Made by a program: the position numbers and the translations under genes
Part shown: in pieces, positions 38,623 through 52,300 of the stretch
How the letters are laid out: every line of letters starts with the position of its first letter
Position numbering within the stretch: position 1 is the first letter of the stretch
Notes under the pieces: model-generated
The model's database searches: none
Told to the model about the DNA's origin: nothing
What the model saw: the letters and a program-made list of their open reading frames with translations, nothing else
Source of the DNA: the human T2T-CHM13v2.0 reference genome, Homo sapiens
Length of the DNA stretch: 64,000 nt
NCBI RefSeq assembly: GCF_009914755.1
Contig: NC_060926.1
Direction: 5' to 3' (one strand)

Positions 38623-39277
38623 TATATATTTTTTTAAATTAAAAAGAAAACCTTGGAATTATTTGGCTAAATCTTAATATACATGAAGTGACCAAAGATG
38701 GAATTGGTATTGATCCAAAACACTAGATTTGGCAAAAATGGCACAAAAACTTAAGATATTTCATAGCAAAACTTAAGAACTAAAGAGATATTATCTTTTG
38801 CCTCATTAGAAAGGGAATACTTTTTGAGGAGTTGCAAATATTTAAAATGTTATTAGCCTGGAGAAAATCCATGAGTAGGACTGCAGCAGTCTCCTCATTA
38901 CTTACATTATGACTGGTTTTATAGTTTCCAAAGTAAGTTTCAATTTCATGACCCTGAGTCAATCTCATGACAATAATGACAAACAGGGATACTTATTAGC
39001 TGCATTTTCCACATATCAAGATTTTGTCCCAGAAAGCTTAAATGGCTTGATTATGTCTCACAGTTATTAAGTACCTAGCCCGTAGTTGGTGCTCAAACCC
39101 AGGTTTCTGTGAGAAATATGAGGGAAGATTTGCTGATTAATTTAAACCAAATTCTTACCTTTATCTTAGATGGAGTTTTCATAATTCTGTTATTAAGTCT
39201 ATTAGGGTTGCACTTGTGATATACCTACTGATCTAGACTTAATCTTGGTCAAAGTTGTCATTTTCCTATTAAATGTG

Positions 39278-39864
39278 TGTATTAGTTATCCATTGTTGCA
39301 TAACAAATTATCTTAAAACTTAGCAGTTTAAGACAACGAGCACTTATTATCTCATAATTTCTGTGGGTCCAGAATCAATAGGTAGTTTAAGTGCCTCTAT
39401 CTCAAGGAATCTCACACAGCTACAATCAAGGTGTTGGCCAGGGTTGTGGTCTCATTTAAAGCCTTAGCTGAGGAGAGACTAGCTTCTAGCTCAGTCAGTC
39501 AGTTGTTAGAAGGATTTGATTCCTTGGGAGCTTTTGGACTGCAGGCTCCATTTCCTCACTGGTTACTGGCCAGAGGCCTTCCTCAGTTCCCTGGCATGTG
39601 ACTCTTTCCATAGGACAGCTCACAGTATGGCAGCTGACATTCTACAGAGTGAGCAGGTGAAGGAAAGAAAGAAAAGGTAAGGTGGAATTCAAAGCGTTTT
39701 TGTTACTTGATCTTGGAAGTGAGAGCCCGTCAATTTTGCTGTATTCTCTTGGTAAGAAGTGAGTCACTAGGTCCAGCCCACACTCAATGGGAGCGTATTA
39801 CACATGGACATGCATACCAGGAGCCAGGGTGTCCTGGGAGCCATTTTAGAGGCTGCCTATTGCA
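39278..39864 (-). mobile_element. MaLR solo LTR (MLT1F-like)
   Basis: tgtattagttatccattg...aaaacttagcag...gagtcactaggtccagcccacactcaa...gggagccattttagaggctgcct. Confidence 0.85.
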
Positions 39865-42800
39865 GTGTGTCTCTTGGCTTCCTCATCTACAGGGCCCTGC
39901 AACTTGATCCAACCACTGTTTTCTGTATAAGGAAGTACTGGATTATTTTCAATATGTTAATTTCATGGGTTTAGGCATATGTGCTGTAGTTTAATGCGCT
40001 TCTCACTTGTTCTTCCTCCCACCCACTCTTCAATTTCTCTTCTCCTTTTGCTCTTCCTTTCTTGCTTCCTCTGTCCTCCTGCTTCTAACTCTACTCACTT
40101 CTCTTTCAAGCTCCCTGTTTTCTCTCTCCTCCCTTCTCATGCTCTCATGGTCACCTTCCTTTCAGAATCCAAATTCTCTGTGTCTGTTCCTGCTACCATG
40201 GCCCTTGTTGCTCCTCCATCTGCTCACAGGGACCATGGCCAACCGGCAATTTTAGATGCTGGCTCTTAAGTTTCTAAAGAAAATGATTCAATTCAACTCT
40301 TGGGTCTAGTCTTTCTACCAAGTTCCTCTAGGAAGATGACACCATGATGAAGTGAGACAAAGTGTTTTTTATAGAACATTGAAAATCCTGTTTTAGAAGT
40401 TGGGGGGAGGATTTTTTTTTCTGTATTTCTCTATGCATAATGTCAGATCTGAATTATATCTAGTGTTGTCTTGTGTGTTTTATGTTAAATTATTTTAAAA
40501 GATAAGATGATGAGAATGATGATGATGATGCAGGCTAAAGTACACCATCATATCACTTATCTAAAATTAGTTGTTTAATCCTGATGGTAGTGACTGCAAC
40601 TTTTATCTCTATTTCCAGTATCTAGAATCATCTGAATGAATAAATGAATGAATGAATGAAGCACTATAGCAGAACTAAGTAGATTGGATAGGTTGGCTAT
40701 TTTAGCCATTGAAGGTAGAGTAGAAATGGTTTTCCCAAATCTTATGTGAAATCCAGGGAAAATATTACTAGTATCTCTATTTGTATTTTTCAGCAATAGA
40801 AGATGCTGTCAAAGAAAGAAGACAAATTTGACCCAGCAGAGAGCACATTTCATATGTGGGATTAATGTGCAGTAATTAGCCTGTTTTGGTCTAGGATGAC
40901 TGATAGTGATTCCATGGCCCATTTTCCTGATATTAGGCAAAGGTTCTTGGGGCAAAAATGTGATTAGAATATGTTCAACTTGATGACATGTATGTTAAAG
41001 CTATCGGCACATACCAACCAATTTTATTGCATGACCTATTGCTAGAAAACATCAAAAGTGGAGGTCAAATCATTTGAAGAATAGTTGTTTAGTGAGTTAG
41101 AATGAATGAAGTCTTTAGTGAATGCTGGCATCAAATTCTGTCCTAGTTTGTTGCTTGTCATGCCCTATTCTCCATCTGGGATGCCCCAGGCACTCTTTTT
41201 GGGGACACTTGACCTACCAGTCATATTTCAGAAACTACTGATTTGGTGCTTGCTGATTGAGTTTAGACTCCAAGGAGTCCGATTGCTGGATTACATACAG
41301 ACTAATGACCCATCAGTCGCTAAAGGCAAAAGCTTAAAGTGCACTAGTGAATTAAGCCATAGCATTGTCGGAAAGGAAGAATTTATTATGTCATTAAACT
41401 TGATTCAGTAAGTTTTGCTTCTTTAGATACACTTCACTGAGGGAAATGTAAGAAATTAATTAGAAACGAGTGTTATCATTTTTCTTCCACTTTCCCAGGT
41501 AAAGGATATTCACGTGAAATTAAGAGACAGAGTATTTCATTGGGATGAAAAGAGAGCCATTAAAAGGAATAATAAATTGTGAAAACTGGGCATGACTGCC
41601 CAGCCAGCCATGTACTTGTAAGTTCAGAGACTGTGCGTCAGCTGGTAAACACAGAGGAAAACCAGGCTTGCCTAATTTGATGACACCCTGGGTGAAGTTT
41701 TCAGGACTTTGCATACAATCTCAGAGACTCATTGATATAAAGATGTCAGCAGTAATCATGGTTGATGCTTAGAATTAAATGTGAAACTTAGAATGGGCAC
41801 AAAATGGAGATCACAATGGAGGTTTTCTGCTTCAAATTTAGGAATTATAATGATACACAGAATATTCTCTTAATGTGAAGATTACCATAAGACATAAAAA
41901 TGTAAGCCATTTGTTGTTGAATCTTTCTACACATACCTCATGGTTGCTTTATAGCAATAGATAAAATGTTTATAAATGGTAACGAGGATAATTGAGAAAA
42001 TTGTGGAGTGTTTGTACCTTTTGTAATTTATCAGAGTACTCTGACAATCCTCTCAGGCATTCTAAAATGAATCTCTGTTATAGAGGTAAATGGTAAAAAA
42101 AAAAAAAAAAAGAATACATCATATCTATAGTGTCAGTTCTAATAATGGAGGGACTTTTAGTATTTATATTCTAGGGAACAAAATATACTTTCTGTTAGTA
42201 ATTATGCAGTGGGATTAAAGAACAGATACTGGTCATTGTTTTAACTGAATACATTCCATAGCATATGACTTATGTCAAATAAAAGAAAATGAACTACAAG
42301 GGAGGTCTGTGTCCAAGGGACTATTTTAGTTTCATTAGAATTCTGTCCTATCACAGGATATGCAATATTCTATGCTCCAGATGAACATAGAAACAATAAG
42401 CAAAGCAGATTTTTTTTCTTTCATTCACTCCTAAAAGGTGATGGCTTTTTACAATTTTACAAAGTAAGGATTTTAAAGTCCATCTGATTTGGAATTTTCT
42501 CTTTTTTTCCTTCTTTCCTGCCTCCCTCTCACCCCATTTTCCTTTCTCCCTCCCACTCTCTTTCGTCCCCCCTCTTGCTTGCTCTCTCATGATGGAGTCA
42601 CAAAGGTTATTTTTATTTTATTAGTAAAATTATTTTAATCTTGAACCATTACTAAGAATAACAGACCAAAACATCTCCCCTTCTAGTTATTCAATATTCT
42701 TAGTAATGCAAAGAATATATATAATATTAGCTTTTCCTTAGGATGTTCCCAAATTTAAGGTAAGACATACTTTGGGAGGAAAGAAAAGCTGAGGCGGAAA

Positions 42801-43264
42801 ATTTGTCTGCTCTTGGTAGAGCTCCAATCTCCCCCAGAGATACTCCTTCACCCTCTCCCCAACCCCCCGCCCTGTGCCATAATTCCAGGATGAACATCTG
42901 GCTTGATTTCTGTGTCAACTGCTTCTTTGCCAAGAATAGAAGGTTATAAAAAGAGGTTACAGACCAAAGTTACCATGGCTGCCCACAGAGATTTCCTAAA
43001 GAACCACTAGGGCCTACTAGGGAGTGTCAAAAAGGAAAACAGTTTCCACTCATAAATACCATTTAAACATCTTCATGTATTAGAGAAACTAGGTTTTAAT
43101 TCATATGTTTACACTTGTGTTCTTTATACCTACCTCGCTGAATTTATTGTGGGGGTTAATTGCATAAATGCATATAAGCTCTTAGAAGAGTGCAGGGAAA
43201 ACCACTCTATATTCTCTTTCTTTTTTCCCTTCTCCTTCCCTCCCTTCCTTCCTTTATTCTAAGT

Positions 43265-43390
43265 TCAGTGCTTCTCAAATTTTAATGTTCATAAGACTGA
43301 TCTGGGGATCTTGTTAAAATGCAGATATTAAGCCAGTAGGTCTGGGGTGGGCTCCGAGATGCTGGATTTCTAACAAGCACCCAGGAGACC
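43265..43390. mobile_element. MER5-family MITE fragment
   Basis: cagtgcttctcaaatttt...ggggatcttgttaaaatgcaga...agtaggtctggggtggg...tttctaacaagc. Confidence 0.8.
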
Positions 43391-46300
43391 TCACCCATGA
43401 ATGGCAACCATTTAGGTAGTGACTTACCTGGTGGTTTAGTTACAACAGTGTCATTAAGTCTGTAAGGTTTTAGTTATGATTGGGTTATGGTTGTCTTTTA
43501 CTAATGGTCTAGAGGCCTATGTACGAAAAGTTGCACAATATTATTTTATATGTTTCTTGACCGTAAACTCATTTGCAATCTTAAGGATTATGTGATGCAG
43601 CATAGGAATAACTGTAAAGTGTAATCCATGATGTAAAGTCTACCCCATAACTCCTCCAACCCTCCAGGTGATTCTTATTATCCTTTGGGAACCATTGAGG
43701 TACTTGGGAGAAATGGGTGCTCTGTGAGAGTAAAAGTTTGTTTTGTAAATTCAAAAAACATATTCGGTTTTGGCAAATTCAAAAACATATCTGGTTTTAT
43801 TAAAAGAAAGTGTTCACAATGAAGCCTAATTGGTACCTCTCTGAGAAACCTCTTAAGGATTTTACTGCAGGGAAGGTATTTAGTGAAATCCAGGTGCTCT
43901 CCTTGATCAGCAATAGGTAGCTGCTGGAACATTGATTGCACTGTTATTCATCCTGGCACAAGCTGTGACCTGCCAACCAGTGTTGCCTGTACTGTTTATT
44001 TCAGGTACTCGGTTGTGAATATTATGCACAAGCCTTTTCCCTTTACAAGATTTTCATCCGTTTTTCTTACTATGTTGCACATATCCTTAGATATCAGTAG
44101 GAACTTATCACTCTGATTTAGCATCTTTTCTTGCATTGCACTTTGTCTTTCACTTGATTCTCTGTAGCCCCAGCTTGACTGTACTGGTTGCTAATATAGG
44201 GACAACTTAATTTGGAAAAGCAAACCAAATAAAACTTGTGAAACAACAGCATTTTTTGGTCTGATCCTGCCTCTCTAATGATCAATGACTATAGAGAAAA
44301 TCCATGTGGAAATTAAGATTTCAGAATGATTCCCTTCTGGAAAAACAAACAAGCAAACAAACTAGCATTGCAAAGATAAAGAGAAAAAATCCATCAGCTC
44401 TACTACCTTTTTTCTGAGTGTCATATCCTTAAATTTGCCTTAAGTATATTATTCTATGGCCAATCCCCCTACCAGCTAATTATTTCAAATGACCGTGATG
44501 GAGATATGGATTTTCCTATCATCTGTGTATTTTTCACTATGCTAACAGCTCACTTATCCCGGGATGTGGATCAAATATAATCAGAAGATTGTCGTAAATA
44601 AGGAAGCAGCTACAATGCATATGTCTCGTGCATGTAATAGACTTACGTACCTCGTTCATTGACAGCAACCATAGACCTTCACTCATTAAGAGTTTAGTTT
44701 TCTAGCTTGGGTATCTGGTTTCCTGGCTAACATTATCGTAGAAGCAACAAGTTGGAAGAGAATAAAGATTGCTTTTAGAATAGCTTGCTTTATGAGTAAC
44801 ATGGCAGCTTCTGGGAAGGGAGAAGATTTTTTGAAAAGCCTGCAAAAAGACACAAAAATGGAAAAAGAAATTGTAATCTTAAGTATTTGCTCTGGAGGCA
44901 AATGGCTGGCTATATATCGGGGCTATATTACAATGCAGTTCAATCATTAATGGCCATAATAGTGTTCTAGAATAATTAAGACAGGCTAAACTTGTCCATG
45001 ATTTATTCCTATTTTGGGAACTAGGACATTTACTATATAGTCTTAAAACACTTCTATACAAATTGTTTTTAAAATGTGATAGAGGGTTTATTTTTTAAAG
45101 AAATGGATCTTTTTTTGATGCTGCCAGATAAATCAAGCATTAATGTGTTTTTAATTTAAATTTTTTTCAATATAAAGAATAGAATGGATTATGAGTGAAA
45201 GACGTTTAGAAGATTCAGTTCCACGAGCGTTTCAGTTTTTTATTTATATTCAAACTTTTGTGGAAAAGTAAATCTTATTCTTATCCTGGGAATGGAGAAA
45301 AATGGAATTAGGGAGGAATTCTGACTCAAAGTTGGAGTTTTCAAACCCACACATCAGCAAACCTGACAGGATTTGTGAGTTAATATTTATCCTGCACCTT
45401 GATACCTTCGGATGAAAAGTACTACGCAAATACCAAGCCCTGTAGACTCTGTGGAATTTTCAATCCTTACAATTTTCTAACAGCAAACCACCCAAGGGCT
45501 TGTTGGAGAGGTGGCTTCTTGTGCAGAATCACAACAGCATTGGTTTATGCTGGTGACAGTTCTTACCTGTTTTCTTTCTCAGACTATAGCTGAAGTTTTA
45601 GATCACCAGTGATGTAAACTATTTTTTTTCTTCAGAATATTTTGACAGAAACTTCAGGTATGAATAGCCTGAGTAAAAAATTATTTGTAGTCAAGTCCCA
45701 TGAATTCTATAAATAGAGTCTATACCACCTGGCATTGGTTACATAAAACTCAAGGTTTGGTCTTGCCACTAGTGCCTGACTCTAGCAGTAGCTGCCTCTC
45801 TGCGGTGGGTCTCTGAGATGTGCACTAGGCCTTTCTTTACCTGTCGAGCTCAGGCAAGGGGAGGCTGCTCTAAAGAATCTTTATAAGCTGGTGCTATTAT
45901 GGAAAGAGGTGTTTATTTATTTACATTGTTTTTGTTTAACTGGAAGATAATCCATAATATACAAGCGCAGCTCAGAAGGCAAAATAGTACAGAAGAAATC
46001 TTTCTTACTTCTGCAACAGTTGCATTAGTTATGGTCTATTATATGTTTTCAGAAATCCAGCATTTTAATGACCACAGTTCAACAGTTTAGGAAGTAGCCC
46101 ATCAAACACTGAAGCAGTGAATTTTGTTAGCTCTCTCATAGAAATAGGATGTAGAATTACCCACTTCAGTAAGTAAAAAATAAACTAATAACATTCTCTC
46201 TTTCTCTGTCTCCCTCACACACACACACAGTCTTACACATTCACAAACATACTGGTTCTTGCCCCAAACTTCCGTAGAAAACAAAGTTTAAAATTCTTAT

Positions 46301-49300
46301 GAGAAGGGACTAATTTTTTAAAAGTTAGATTAAGACAATAATGAGCTGATATTAATAAGTAATTGATAAGTTAATAGTGCTTGCATAGATACAGAGGTTT
46401 AAAGACTTTCCCAAAAATGTAAATACCAATTCCAACTGTGTCCCTGTTTCAGGCATTGCACTCTTCTCCCCACCCCATGTCAGAAACAGAATTATTTTCT
46501 CCTTCAGACAAAAAGAGTTTCTATACATGTCAAAATACAAGAAATAGATATTGGGAAGCTTCAGGAAACCAGGAAGAATAATTGTTATAACAGTTAACCT
46601 AATGTGTAGTATATGGCAAATACTGCCCCAGTCTCCCCCTCACACCTCCTCATCCTGTCCCTCACCCCACCTGGAATCATACACACAAATGCAGAGTATT
46701 TTTGTTGTCTTTGCTTGAGGGTACCCACAGATCATGATCCTTTTTCTGACTACAACTTTTGAAGTGTTTTACTTTCTCCCTGAAGATTTTTTTCCCCCAA
46801 CACTATTTGCATATAGAGCAGTTGGTCTTTCAGGCTGTACTCTATATTGTTGTCTCTGAATCTTTCTAACATTGCAATGCTAGTTGCTGAAGCTTGGAGT
46901 TGCCCAGGTGGTAGTTATTAACTGACGTGTCATGGTTCATGGTGAACAAGCTAGGTCAACAAACTTGTTTTTCATCATGGCTGGTTTTAATTTGAAAGGA
47001 AGCTTGTTACCTATTTGATAATGCTTCACTGAAGTTCACCTATTTCAGGTAGATTAATAGCTTGTTCAGGGATGAGGAGCCCAGGGGCCCTGTTGTAACC
47101 ATGTGCTGTAGGTTCAAGGTTCAAACTTCAGAAAGTATAAAAGTCCTTGTTTTTCATCTACCTATTTGCCAGTGCATGCCTCAGTGAACTTTTATACTTG
47201 GTAACACTTGAACAATCACAGGTTTGGTACCTTATAGTCATATTAGAAGCTGTGTTATATAATTAAGAAAGAGATGTGCCCTGTTAGTACTTTCCAGATT
47301 GGAAGACTTTTCAATTTTGAAGAACATGGAGTTGGTGGGGGTTTAAAAATTATATATATATTCCTGATCATTCACTAGGAAGAAGATTAAATTCTCTCTA
47401 AGGTGAAATGTTAAATTCCAGACAAATTTATAAACACTATAGGTAAGTATTAGATTGAAGCAAATAGATGAGAAAAGGCTGTTCATGTCTGGGCCAATTC
47501 ACAATGGTGACAGATCAATAATTCCTAAAAATGAATGTCTATAAAACACATTTATACTACATTTTAAAATTTGTAGTATTTACTGAAAAATTTTCTTCTT
47601 TTTAGAAAGGGGAGTTTTATCACATTTGTTTCCTTTAAGTCATTGATGCAATAGATCAGTGGGCATGAAAGGCATATCATCTGGCTCTATCCATCTGAAG
47701 AAGAAAAAAATTCAACCTTATAGTGTGATTCTTATGAATTTCAATGTAGCTGAAGTTCCCACTCAGATTTTGCTCCTGAAGCATTTAAATTCAACTCTAC
47801 TATTTGAAGATTAGACCATTAGACCACAATGGAAATATGATGTCTCTGTACTGAGAGCAGGTTGGCAGTCTTTTAAATTGATAGGTTTCTAAAGAAACTC
47901 TCCATTTAAAATAAGGAGCTGATATTTGGATCTCCTAACCAGTCTGAAATGTAGTTTACCTACATAGATTGGCTATCTAGGAGCTTGTAAACAAATTCAT
48001 AAATTTGTCATGCTGATTATAGTGTTGGCAAACACAATGGCTGATCATGTTATAAATGTTTATCAACACCCGCACTCACCCACCTGCTAAGAGGTGCTAC
48101 GCTTTAATGAAATTGTTTGAATATCACGGCTGGTTGCTAAGATACAATGTTCTTGTTACCAGGGATGTGATGCTTGCAGATTTCTGTTATCAAATAATGA
48201 TTAGAGATTTGCTAACCTCAAGGTGCTCAGTGCAGTGAAAGGTTTACTGAGCTACAAATTAGTAAACTGTCTGCTTGAGCAGGCACTGGCAGAAGAAACA
48301 TGTGCCTCATCCATACACGACTGGCATTTTAAAAGAAGACAAGAGAGGACAGGGAGTGCGGCCATAAACGATGGATCCTTGAAAGTTTGCCATGGAAATG
48401 TTTTACCTACTCCATTGCCCAGCATGATATATCTTTAGCCAGCTGGGGAATTTGTTGAAATCCATTGCAAATAACTCCTTTCTTATGAAAAATCTCTTCT
48501 TCACATTTCTGTTAATTGGTTGTTATGGAATTATTAACATTAAACGTGTCACATCTTTTCTTGAGAAATAAAAGTAAATAAAAGTGTAATCCCACAGACT
48601 GGAAATGTATTTTAACACAAACACATTTTCAAAGATGACACCAGGTTTAAAAAACCTGTTGGTATAACTGTCATCTTTTGTGTGATGCATTCTGCCAATA
48701 ATGATCATAAAATGTCATGTAATTTTTTATGTTGAGAATTTAGTCCTCCAGAAGATTTAATATATCAAATATCAATATGTGAGTGTTGGAATGTTTCTTT
48801 TTGTTTTCATCTTATCTCAGATAGTACAATGGTGATGACTAAAGCCATATTGCCACATTGGTCTGATAGTTCATCTCATTGAATTAGGACCTGAATTGCA
48901 GTATTACACTTATACTGGGAGACTTTGAACACAACACTTTCACATTGAAAAAAATCTATGTGATTTTATGACAGTCCCTGTAATTCCTGAGTGTTCTACT
49001 CATAACCAGTAATATTTCAGAAATGTGTGGGTAGCTATACTTCTAGTGTCATGTATAACTTTTGTTACTTTGTAAGAAATTTCAATTACTAGGATCATAG
49101 ATCTAATGGTTAGTAAATTGACTCTTGAAAGTTCCCCTAATAAAAATGGAAATTGTAGGTATATTTTAAAAATGAAAGTGTTAAAATCGAATGATTTCAG
49201 CTGTAACATCTGGCCTTCCAGTAGATCATGAATCTTGGGAAGAGCGGAGACTGAGTCTGTTTTTGCTCATCACTGTCTGGTCATTCCCCAGAAGAATGCC

Positions 49301-52029
49301 TACACAAAAGAGATGTCCTGTGAATGACTGAATGATACCTACCTCTAGGAAAATTTCACTGATATCCATAGCAGATACTTGGGAGTTTTGTCAGTTAAAC
49401 TCTCCTGCCTTTTTTATAGAGTATGAAAAGATCTGAAGGAAAATATGACACTATTTTATCTTTATGAAATAGATTTTATATATGTCAATTTTATAGATAA
49501 GGAAATTGAAAGAATAAGCTAATGAATTTCACAATAGCACACAACCAAAGTAAGGCAAAGCTGGATGCAAAACTCAGGTCTTGTGCAAGTCTAGTCCTGT
49601 TTTCAGGAACCCCACCTGCCTTTCTGTTATTGTCAGAGCTGAGTGGAGAAGATGGGGCTAACAATTATGTAGCCATGGATGAGAACACATTTAAATTCAG
49701 CAAACATTGTGTATCTACTTGGTATCAAACACATAGGTAGTCATGTAAAAATTAAAAAGAAAGAATTTATAAAGTCTTTGTCCATAAGAAGTTTTCAGTT
49801 TATTTGTGGAGATATCATAGGTTGACTTTAAAAGAACCAGTGGACCAAATATGAGTGCTAGGGAAAATACGTTTAGCCTGAACTCAGTGTGGGTGAGGTT
49901 AGGTGAAACCAGTTTAAAGGATAGGTATTTGGTTGAAAGATGTGGCTCTGTTACCAGTGAGATCTAGCTTTGAATTCTTGTTCTCCCACACACTGGCTAT
50001 GTAAATTCAGCCAAATTTCTTAACCCCTGAAAGCTTTTCTCTTTTTGTTACAATTTTCTCATGGATCACATTAGGTCAGGCAGATAATGTGCTTCACACA
50101 TAGTAAGCAGTCAATACACGTAATTCATTTCTAAGGCACACTCATCGTTTGTGCCTTACAGAATTGAGCTTTCTTACACTTTCTCTAGCCCCAAAATGAC
50201 TTCTGAAGCTTAAGTTTCTCCTCTTTAATGAGATACTTCATTTGTTTTTATACTGTCCAAAATTGAGTTCGATGGAACAGATTCATATTTATTGATGAAT
50301 ACAAAAGAGACATTGTAAAAATATTTCCATGTTCTTCTTATCATATGACATTTACACTTCAAACAGATTTATGAGCTAGTGCGTGGTTAATTATAGCTAT
50401 GCAGAGATGGATATGTAAGCGTTGCCTGGGCGGGTTTGTGCTGTCATGGTGGGAGTGACCAGAGCTGGGTGGGGTTATCTGAGAGAGACTTGTTCTTTGC
50501 CTACTCATGGAACACTTCTGAGGCTTTAATGAGAAGCTAGATCTAAATGTCAGAAGTGGATCCAAAGTCAAGATAATTCAAGTTACAATGTGACACCCTA
50601 TTTCAAGGAAGAAGGAATAAGCAAACAAACAACCCAACAAACATCTTAAAGTTTTCAGGACTATTGTGCTTGCCAGTGATGCCACATGTACTGACTTGTC
50701 TTGGAAATTAACCATTGTTGATTTTAGCAGCACATTTCTCTACTTTCTCTGATTTCTTGTTTTATCATAATTCAATGGTGTTTTCTTTCTTCTGGGCCTT
50801 CTCAGTGCTGTACTTGCAGAGTATTTTATCTTTTGTCTAAATAAGAACACTAAATATTTGGCCCACTGGCTCAGAAGCCAGTTTCTCTAAGCCAAAAATT
50901 GTCTCTACTGTCTAATTTTTAAGGCTGTATTTTAAAATGCTTCTTATTCACTAGTGAGAAAATTACAAAATGCACTATTAAAAAAACATGAGGTTTGTGC
51001 CACTTAGAGAATGTATTCTATGCACCAAAACACCCATTGTTCATATTTAGAGATGCCCCTAAATATAGATGTACTGAACTACCTACATATAATTCAGATC
51101 ATGTCAAAGCACAAACCCCTCTCAGTGTGGGGTAGTGTGGGCATTTTGTTATCTACAGCAGCTGTTGCCTCATTTTGAGGGTAAAAAACCTACTCCTGTT
51201 TAAATTTATGTTGCATTGAGCAAGTTGTATTGCTTGCGATTATATGTGGCTCAGCTGTGTCACGTGGCGTGACCTGCTATAACCTGCCTTAATGCAGTCC
51301 ACATGTTGTACTGAATGACACACATTAAAACATTCCACTTCTCCATGGAACTGTGTGAGCAGGTGATTTCTCTAAATGGCAGACACTCGCATGCTTGTAT
51401 TTTAAACCTCCACCAGTTTAGCTAAAAATATCTTCAAAAGCCCACCCAAAACATTTCCCATGGTTATTTTTGCAAATCGTTGGGTGACTTACAAAGAGCA
51501 GGGAGGGATGCATAAGAGGAAGTTTTAAATTATTTACATAATTTGATAGAACGGTGCCTCCTTTAAAAAATCTACTTTGTGGAAGTCACAAAAAAGAACT
51601 TTACTTCACATAATCAGAGTCCTAGGGAGGGGACCCAGTCATATGATTATTAGCTTGCTGCTGCTTGGATTCCAGCAAGTTGATGATTATATTTCTCATC
51701 AAGCTAAATGTAAAAATAATGAAAAATTACTGTGTCCCAGCAAACAACCCTCATAGGAATGCACACTATTTTTACCAATATTTTTATCCCTCCTGTGTGA
51801 GAACAGAGGGCACCATTTGTCCTGAATTCACCTTGAAGTGTTTGGTCATCAGTGATAAAATTTTGTATTGAGCCACTGGTTCATTCGGTGACCAAAGGAA
51901 CACATTGGTAGCACAATTTGGAGCAGAATTCTTCTTTGTTATTAAGCAAAGTAACCTAAACAAGATCTAACATATATATAGTCCCAGTTTCTCCAGCATC
52001 ATGCTCTTACCAAGTGAGGCAATTAGCCA

Positions 52030-52300
52030 GTTGTATGGCATGGAAAAGAGATCTGAGCACCGTGAGCAAGCACAAGTCTGGGAGTTGAGCATACTGCTCA
52101 AATCCCAGTTGTAGTTCCAGCATGTAGTAGCTGGGCAACCCGGTGCAAATCACTTAACCTCTCTGAGCTTTCTCCTCTTCTAAAAAATGAAACGATAACA
52201 TTATGCATACTGTAGGATGGCTGTAAAGAGGAAGTTAGCTAAATTATGTGAAATGCCCTGTAGAATGCTTGATATATAGGAGGCATTCAAAGTGAGTTGC
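52030..52300 (+). mobile_element. MIR
   Basis: tcaaatcccag...aatcacttaacctctctgagc. Confidence 0.7.

Noticed and set aside
39979-40269. Leu/Ser-rich ORFs
   Set aside because: Produced by a low-complexity pyrimidine tract
43745-43800. Two imperfect ~28-bp copies of AAATTCAAAAACATAT
   Set aside because: AT-rich slippage duplication with no spacers; not CRISPR-like
47554-47579. AT-rich quasi-palindrome
   Set aside because: Short, imperfect and expected in AT-rich DNA
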